NCBI GenBank assembly: GCA_003144275.1
Contig: NJBF01000006.1
Location: 60,001-92,000 of the forward strand
Direction of reading: 5' to 3'
Origin: Candidatus Heimdallarchaeota archaeon B3_Heim
GTDB taxonomy: Archaea; Asgardarchaeota; Heimdallarchaeia; Hodarchaeales; Hodarchaeaceae
DNA: 32,000 nt
Part shown: positions 27,185-32,000 of the stretch, one piece after another
Layout: every line of letters starts with the position of its first letter
Position numbering within the stretch: position 1 is the stretch's first letter
Notes under the pieces: model-generated
What the model saw: only the letters and a program-made list of their open reading frames with translations
What the model was told of the DNA's origin: nothing
Database searches by the model: none
Made by a program: the position numbers and the translations under genes

Positions 27185-27750
27185 AGATCCTCAACCTCCT
27201 TCTTTACAAGATAGACACTTCCAAGCATTGCTCCTAACAGTAACAATCCTAAAGTGAGAATTGTGCCTCCGTGCGTAGTAAACATTTGTTCAGCCAAGTT
27301 ACCTATTAACACGTTGTCAAAATTTTCAACATCTTTTGCAGCTAAATCTTGAAGAGCCCAAAAAACACTACTTACCTGAGTGAGAACATATGCTGTAATC
27401 ATGAATAACAAAAATGCTCCAGCAAAGCTTAAGCGCCAATCCATCAATTTTCCTGAACCTGGTTTTTCAAACATGGCATCTTTCCCTGATAACGAAATAG
27501 CGAATAGCATTAAGATTGTAATACCGCCAGCGTAAACAATTATTTGTATAACCAATAATAATGCAGAGCCAGCATAAAGCAAGAAAATCATAGCAACTCC
27601 GAGGAGACAGAATATTAGCCATACAACTGCGTGATAGACACTTTTAACGGAAACTGCGAGGTATGCAGAGCCAGTCGTATATATGACGAGTAAAAATAAT
27701 ACAAAATATTCTAACAGTTCAAATAATTCAGGTGGGATCAAATAGGCCAT
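27181..27750 (-). CDS. nuoJ: Complex I-like subunit J
   Basis: QIIVYAGGITILMLF and LLLGAMLGSVYL; position between nuoI and nuoK. Confidence 0.92.
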   Translation of the reverse strand: MAYLIPPELFELLEYFVLFLLVIYTTGSAYLAVSVKSVYHAVVWLIFCLLGVAMIFLLYAGSALLLVIQIIVYAGGITILMLFAISLSGKDAMFEKPGSGKLMDWRLSFAGAFLLFMITAYVLTQVSSVFWALQDLAAKDVENFDNVLIGNLAEQMFTTHGGTILTLGLLLLGAMLGSVYLVKKEVEDL

Positions 27751-27752
27751 AA

Positions 27753-28409
27753 TTAACTCTCCTTATTAGTCTCCGTCAGTAGCTTTCGATTATCTTGATA
27801 TTCTCTATCACCATACTTCTCTACATACTCTTTCCAGTGATCTGCATATTCTTTTGGATAATAGAGCTTGAACAACCCGTATAAATCTTGATAATCATGA
27901 TATAATTCTTCTTTATTGGACGTTGCTGCATCAAATCCAGGTGTATGATGTAATGCATCATACTTACACGCTTCTACACAAAAACCGCAGTAAAGGCATC
28001 TCCCGATGAAAATTTGTGGGTGTAACAACGGTCGGGGGGATTTTCCTTCACGAGCTTTTTGTTTTTCTACCCAATGTGCTGGAGTAGGGGTAATTTCAAC
28101 CATTTCTATGCATTTATTTGGACAAACTCGTTCACAGGCTTTACAACCTGTACAGTTTGGTGCATTTAAACCAATTAATCCCCGAGAATTTGGTGAGATG
28201 TGGGGTGTTGCTTCAAACACATCGGAAAATGTTAATTCTCGATCAAGGATAGTTTGACCCTTTTCAGCCAATGCTTCTGGGAAATAGATTGTATCCTTAT
28301 TCCGACGATCACCGTCATATATGGCAATCGGCTTTTTAAAGAGTAATCGCCCTACGTAAGCTAATGGCCGAGTTATCAAGACATTAGGAATTAATTTGAA
28401 ATTCACCAT
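27753..28409 (-). CDS. nuoI: Complex I-like subunit I (2x[4Fe-4S])
   Basis: CTGCKACERVCP and RCLYCGFCVEAC. Confidence 0.95.
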   Translation of the reverse strand: MVNFKLIPNVLITRPLAYVGRLLFKKPIAIYDGDRRNKDTIYFPEALAEKGQTILDRELTFSDVFEATPHISPNSRGLIGLNAPNCTGCKACERVCPNKCIEMVEITPTPAHWVEKQKAREGKSPRPLLHPQIFIGRCLYCGFCVEACKYDALHHTPGFDAATSNKEELYHDYQDLYGLFKLYYPKEYADHWKEYVEKYGDREYQDNRKLLTETNKES

Positions 28410-28410
28410 T

Positions 28411-29553
28411 TTAACTCACAACACCAAATAATGCTGGATTCATAAGAAACATAACGATAATTAAGAATATATTTACAAAAGCAAGAGGTATTAGACGTTT
28501 CCAACCGATATCTAACAATTGATCTATTCTGACTCTCGGTAGGGCAGCTCTAACCCATATAAATATGAAAATAAATGCCCAGATCTTTACAACAAGAATT
28601 GCTGTTGATAGTAAAGGGATACTTTCAATTGTGCTCGCTGGGATAAACGGTAGATAGGCCCCACCCCAAAAGAGGGATACACCAATAAAGGCACCAATCA
28701 GCAGAATAAAGTATTCTGTTGCCATCGACATCATATAACGAAAGCCAGTTAATTCCGTTCGCCACCCCATGACTAATTCTGCTTCTGCCTCGGGAATATC
28801 GAAGGGAATTCTTTCAGTTTCTGCAGCTAAAGACACCATAAATACTACAAATCCAATAGGCATGAAAATCATAAATGGAAGTCCTGCAGGAGTATAGGTT
28901 TGTTGGTAGGCGATATCAACCAATGAAAATGAATTGGTTACTATTACTACTGCGCCAACAGACAAGATCAGGGGAATTTCATAACTAATCATTTGAGCTG
29001 CTGATCTAAATCCTCCGAGTACTGAATATTTATTATTTGAAGACCATCCAGTTATCAAAACACCTACAGGATAGAGAGAGAACAGTGCAAAGATTAATAG
29101 AAAACCAACTGCAGGATCTGCTATAACTTGGGTTGCTCCAAGTGGAAGTAATGCTCCGAGCATAAATGGTGGAGCAACAACGAATGCAAAAAAACCAATG
29201 TTAAAAGGAAATTTGTCCGCTTTTTCAGGTACGATATCTTCTTTCGAAAAAAACTTAAGAAACTCTGCTATATTTTGTAGAAGCCCAAACTTCCATGTTC
29301 GTCCGAAAAAATGCCCATAGTTGAAATCTATGAACACAGGGCCTCGTCTATTCATCATACGACCTACAAGTTTTCTTTCAAACCAAATTAGTAAGATAGT
29401 ATTAACAATTAGGAATACCAAAATTGAGGTCATTTCTAAGCTATCGATTAAAGTTAAACGTAAAGAATCTTGAAATTCAACCTGACCTGGTAAAATATCA
29501 CTGATTAATCCGAGTAACCAGTCAGCAAACCCTTCATATATACCGTAACCCAT
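28411..29553 (-). CDS. nuoH: Complex I-like subunit H
   Basis: ERKLVGR, SNNKYSVLGGFRSAAQMISYE, ETERIPFDIPEAEAELVMG, PRVRIDQL. Confidence 0.96.
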   Translation of the reverse strand: MGYGIYEGFADWLLGLISDILPGQVEFQDSLRLTLIDSLEMTSILVFLIVNTILLIWFERKLVGRMMNRRGPVFIDFNYGHFFGRTWKFGLLQNIAEFLKFFSKEDIVPEKADKFPFNIGFFAFVVAPPFMLGALLPLGATQVIADPAVGFLLIFALFSLYPVGVLITGWSSNNKYSVLGGFRSAAQMISYEIPLILSVGAVVIVTNSFSLVDIAYQQTYTPAGLPFMIFMPIGFVVFMVSLAAETERIPFDIPEAEAELVMGWRTELTGFRYMMSMATEYFILLIGAFIGVSLFWGGAYLPFIPASTIESIPLLSTAILVVKIWAFIFIFIWVRAALPRVRIDQLLDIGWKRLIPLAFVNIFLIIVMFLMNPALFGVVS

Positions 29554-29563
29554 CTTCTATCAC

Positions 29564-30652
29564 CTATCTATCGATTTCTCCCATGCAAAGATCTGCACTA
29601 GCTATAATTGGTGGAATATCAGCAACTTTGCCACCCGTTATCAAATGCGAAGTTAAACATAGATTGGAATATGCTGGTGATTTTATCTTCACACGGTAAG
29701 GGATTTTATCATCGTTCCCAATAATATAATATCCTGCTTCACCACGAGGATCTTCGGTTCTAAAATAAACTTCTCCTTGAGGGAGTCTCCTGGGTGCCTT
29801 CTGATTAATTTCACCTTCTGGAGGGAGATTATCTAAAGCTTGACGTATAATGTGAGTAGACTGTCTTATTTCCTCCATTCTAATTTGGAATCGTGCTAAG
29901 CAATCTCCACCAGTTCGGACTGGAACCTCAAAATCCAGTTCAGGATAGACTAAATACGGTTCAATCTTTCGAATATCACCCTGAACTCCTGATGCTCTTA
30001 AAACAGGGCCAGTTGCCCCAAGATTCAGAGCGTTCTCTTTTGAAAGAACACCTACCTCCACACTTCGAAGCATAAAAACCTTCGAATCTTCTAACATTGC
30101 GCTATATTCTTTTATACGCTCATCAAGATAGTAAGTCAGTTTTCTCGCATCATTAACAAAACCCTGAGGGAATTCATGCTTCAGTCCTCCTACACGAAAA
30201 TAATTATACATCATTCGAGAACCTGTAACATGTTCTAATAAGTCAAGAACATATTCTCTTTCCCGGTACGGGATAACAAGCATTGTCAATACTCCCAAAT
30301 CTCCCGCGTAAGCAGAAAGCCATGTGAAATGCGATGCAATTCGTTGAAATTCGAGCATTATCACTCGCATATATTGAGCTCGTTTGCTAACTTCCATCCC
30401 TAAAAGTTTCTCAATTGCCATTATGTAAGTCCCTTCCCATGACATTGCTGAGACATAGCATAATCTATCTGCAAGTGGCTGAAATGTATCATAAGGACGT
30501 GATTCAGCCATTTTTTCAATCATACGAAAAATATAACCAATGAGGATTTCTGAACCAACAACTTGTTCTCCCTCAGTCTTAACTTTTAATGTCCACAAAC
30601 CATGATTAACTGGATGCTGAGGACCCATATGAATATACATTTGTTCACTCAT
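29564..30652 (-). CDS. nuoD: Complex I-like subunit D (quinone-binding, no complete NiFe ligand set)
   Basis: GPQHPVNHG, DRLCY, RIASH...DLG, GPVLRASG, PRGEAG, DLCMGEIDR. Confidence 0.96.
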   Translation of the reverse strand: MSEQMYIHMGPQHPVNHGLWTLKVKTEGEQVVGSEILIGYIFRMIEKMAESRPYDTFQPLADRLCYVSAMSWEGTYIMAIEKLLGMEVSKRAQYMRVIMLEFQRIASHFTWLSAYAGDLGVLTMLVIPYREREYVLDLLEHVTGSRMMYNYFRVGGLKHEFPQGFVNDARKLTYYLDERIKEYSAMLEDSKVFMLRSVEVGVLSKENALNLGATGPVLRASGVQGDIRKIEPYLVYPELDFEVPVRTGGDCLARFQIRMEEIRQSTHIIRQALDNLPPEGEINQKAPRRLPQGEVYFRTEDPRGEAGYYIIGNDDKIPYRVKIKSPAYSNLCLTSHLITGGKVADIPPIIASADLCMGEIDR

Positions 30653-30654
30653 GG

Positions 30655-31173
30655 TTAGACCTCCTTATTGGGTTGTGGTTTATAGGAAAAAGGTTTTTCT
30701 GGTAAAGTGTATGCTCTTCTCATAGGGTACAATTCGGAAATGTGTTTATGTTCATAATCGTCCCAATCTTCGGGGAGTAATAACCGTTTCAAGTTAGGAT
30801 GCCCAGATACGTGAATTCCAAACATATCATACAGCTCCCTCTCGTGCCAATTCGCAGAAGCCCAGATGGATGTTATTGAGGGAACTTGGGATTTATCTCG
30901 ATCATCCAGCTTGACACGGACTTGGATGACCGTTGAATCTCCATCCCAGCGATCGATGTGATATACTACATCAAAATGAGTTTCCCAATCAACTCCAGAA
31001 ATAGCTTCCAAAGATGGAAATTCCAAATCCTGAGCTACAAAGGTCATTACCTCAAAAAGATTGTCAGAACTAGTTTTAATTTCAAGACGGGAATCAGCGA
31101 TAATTTGAACATCATCGATTTTTCCTGAAAGTTTTTCCTGAATTTGCTTTCTGTGTTCCTCTATAGGCGTCAT
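30655..31173 (-). CDS. nuoC: Complex I-like subunit C
   Basis: ISGVDW, VPSITSIWASANWHERELYDMFGI...GHPNLKRLLLP. Confidence 0.96.
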   Translation of the reverse strand: MTPIEEHRKQIQEKLSGKIDDVQIIADSRLEIKTSSDNLFEVMTFVAQDLEFPSLEAISGVDWETHFDVVYHIDRWDGDSTVIQVRVKLDDRDKSQVPSITSIWASANWHERELYDMFGIHVSGHPNLKRLLLPEDWDDYEHKHISELYPMRRAYTLPEKPFSYKPQPNKEV

Positions 31174-31805
31174 TTCTCTTCTTCCTCCAGTAATTTGCCT
31201 TTAAGGATTATCCGATGATCTATCAAGGGAGGGGCTCTCTCATAGAACTCTCTAGGAAGCTCTCGAAGAGGTTCTGGGACATAAACACCATCTGCTTTTA
31301 TTTTTTCTTGAAGACGATGAAGTCCAGCCCACATTGCTTCTGGTCTGGGGGGACAGCCTGGTACATAGATATCAACAGGAATTACTTGATCAGTTCCTTC
31401 CAAAATTGTTGGAGCTTGCCAAAATGGACCTCCACTTATAGCACATTCTCCTGTAGCGAAAACCCACTTCGGTGCTGCCATCAAATCGTAAACGGTTCTC
31501 AATCGTGGAGCTGCTTTGATAGTCATTGGCCCATTAATCCATAGAACATCACAATGACGGGGACTTGCCCGAGCTAAAATTCCTATTCGCTCTGTATCAT
31601 ACCGAGAAGCCATTGTTGCAGCCATTTCAATAGCACAACATTTCATACCTAAAAATACTGGGTATAAACTGGCTCTTTGACTCCAATTCCTTAACCAATT
31701 CAGTATTACCGTCGTAAAATTTCGACTTTTCGTTAACACCACATTGGGCATTGGTTCATAGATTTCAAGCTCTCCAAGAGCTTTTAATTCTTTATATTCA
31801 GCCAT
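31170..31805 (-). CDS. nuoB: Complex I-like subunit B (N2 cluster)
   Basis: KCCAIEM, RASPRHCD, GECAISGG, VDIYVPGCPPRPEA. Confidence 0.97.
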   Translation of the reverse strand: MAEYKELKALGELEIYEPMPNVVLTKSRNFTTVILNWLRNWSQRASLYPVFLGMKCCAIEMAATMASRYDTERIGILARASPRHCDVLWINGPMTIKAAPRLRTVYDLMAAPKWVFATGECAISGGPFWQAPTILEGTDQVIPVDIYVPGCPPRPEAMWAGLHRLQEKIKADGVYVPEPLRELPREFYERAPPLIDHRIILKGKLLEEEEK

Positions 31806-31808
31806 GCT

Positions 31809-32000
31809 CTACACCCAAGACATTGTTCCCTTTTTCATCCAAAAGAATACCCCGAATAGCACTAAAGCTGCGAAAAGCCCCATGACGATCATAATTGTTA
31901 CTTGATTTGTAACAATCCTAAAAGAATAAGCCCAAAGAAGAAAAAGAATTGTTAAGATGTCAAATACTACAAAAACCACTGCAAAAGTAAAGAATTGGAT
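31809..32000 (-). CDS. nuoA: Complex I-like subunit A, 5'-truncated by the window edge (not in the ORF track)
   Basis: My translation: IQFFTFAVVFVVFDILTILFLLWAYSF...FWMKKGTMSWV*. FD motif and KG...W end typical of NuoA; 3 nt upstream of nuoB. Confidence 0.9.
   Translation of the reverse strand: MQFFTFAVVFVVFDILTILFLLWAYSFRIVTNQVTIMIVMGLFAALVLFGVFFWMKKGTMSWV

Noticed and set aside
919-31544. Numerous short antisense or alternate-frame ORFs in the track (e.g. 919-1164, 3999-4358, 5379-5585, 9010-9303, 11984-12292, 12938-13234, 31215-31544)
   Set aside because: They lie opposite or within well-supported genes, lack family motifs, and read as shadow ORFs.
1-32000. CRISPR arrays, tRNA/rRNA genes, IS elements, integrases
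   Set aside because: No spaced direct repeats, cloverleaf/T-arm motifs, terminal inverted repeats or recombinase ORFs were seen, and the intergenic gaps are all short.

Overview
AT-rich archaeal chromosomal segment with no visible CRISPR array, tRNA/rRNA gene or mobile element. It is most likely from an Asgard archaeon (Heimdallarchaeia/Hodarchaeales-like). That is inferred from a 5'-truncated ESCRT-II Vps22/36-like gene, eS25, eS17, an archaeal-type LeuRS and archaeal lipid enzymes. Most of the content is housekeeping: ribosomal proteins, TatD, FAD glycerol-3-phosphate dehydrogenase, an HDDC2-type HD protein, DGGGP synthase, an SPFH protein, LeuRS, Hsp20, UppP, a geranylgeranyl reductase, and an 11-subunit complex I/Fpo-like operon (nuoA[partial]BCDHIJKLMN, no EFG) filling the last ~10.6 kb. 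The most unusual items are: (1) a three-part protein joining an archaeal GluRS-N-terminus-like helical domain, a pol-beta-type nucleotidyltransferase and a HEPN/KNTase-like helical domain; (2) a tandem, coupled proteasome beta-alpha pair with a divergent short alpha; (3) an ESCRT-II-like gene not followed by Vps25; (4) UppP coupled to a YdjM-type hydrolase with a sequon-rich ectodomain; (5) a NuoL lateral helix lengthened by ~25-aa repeats. All family calls come from motif recognition by eye, without database searches.
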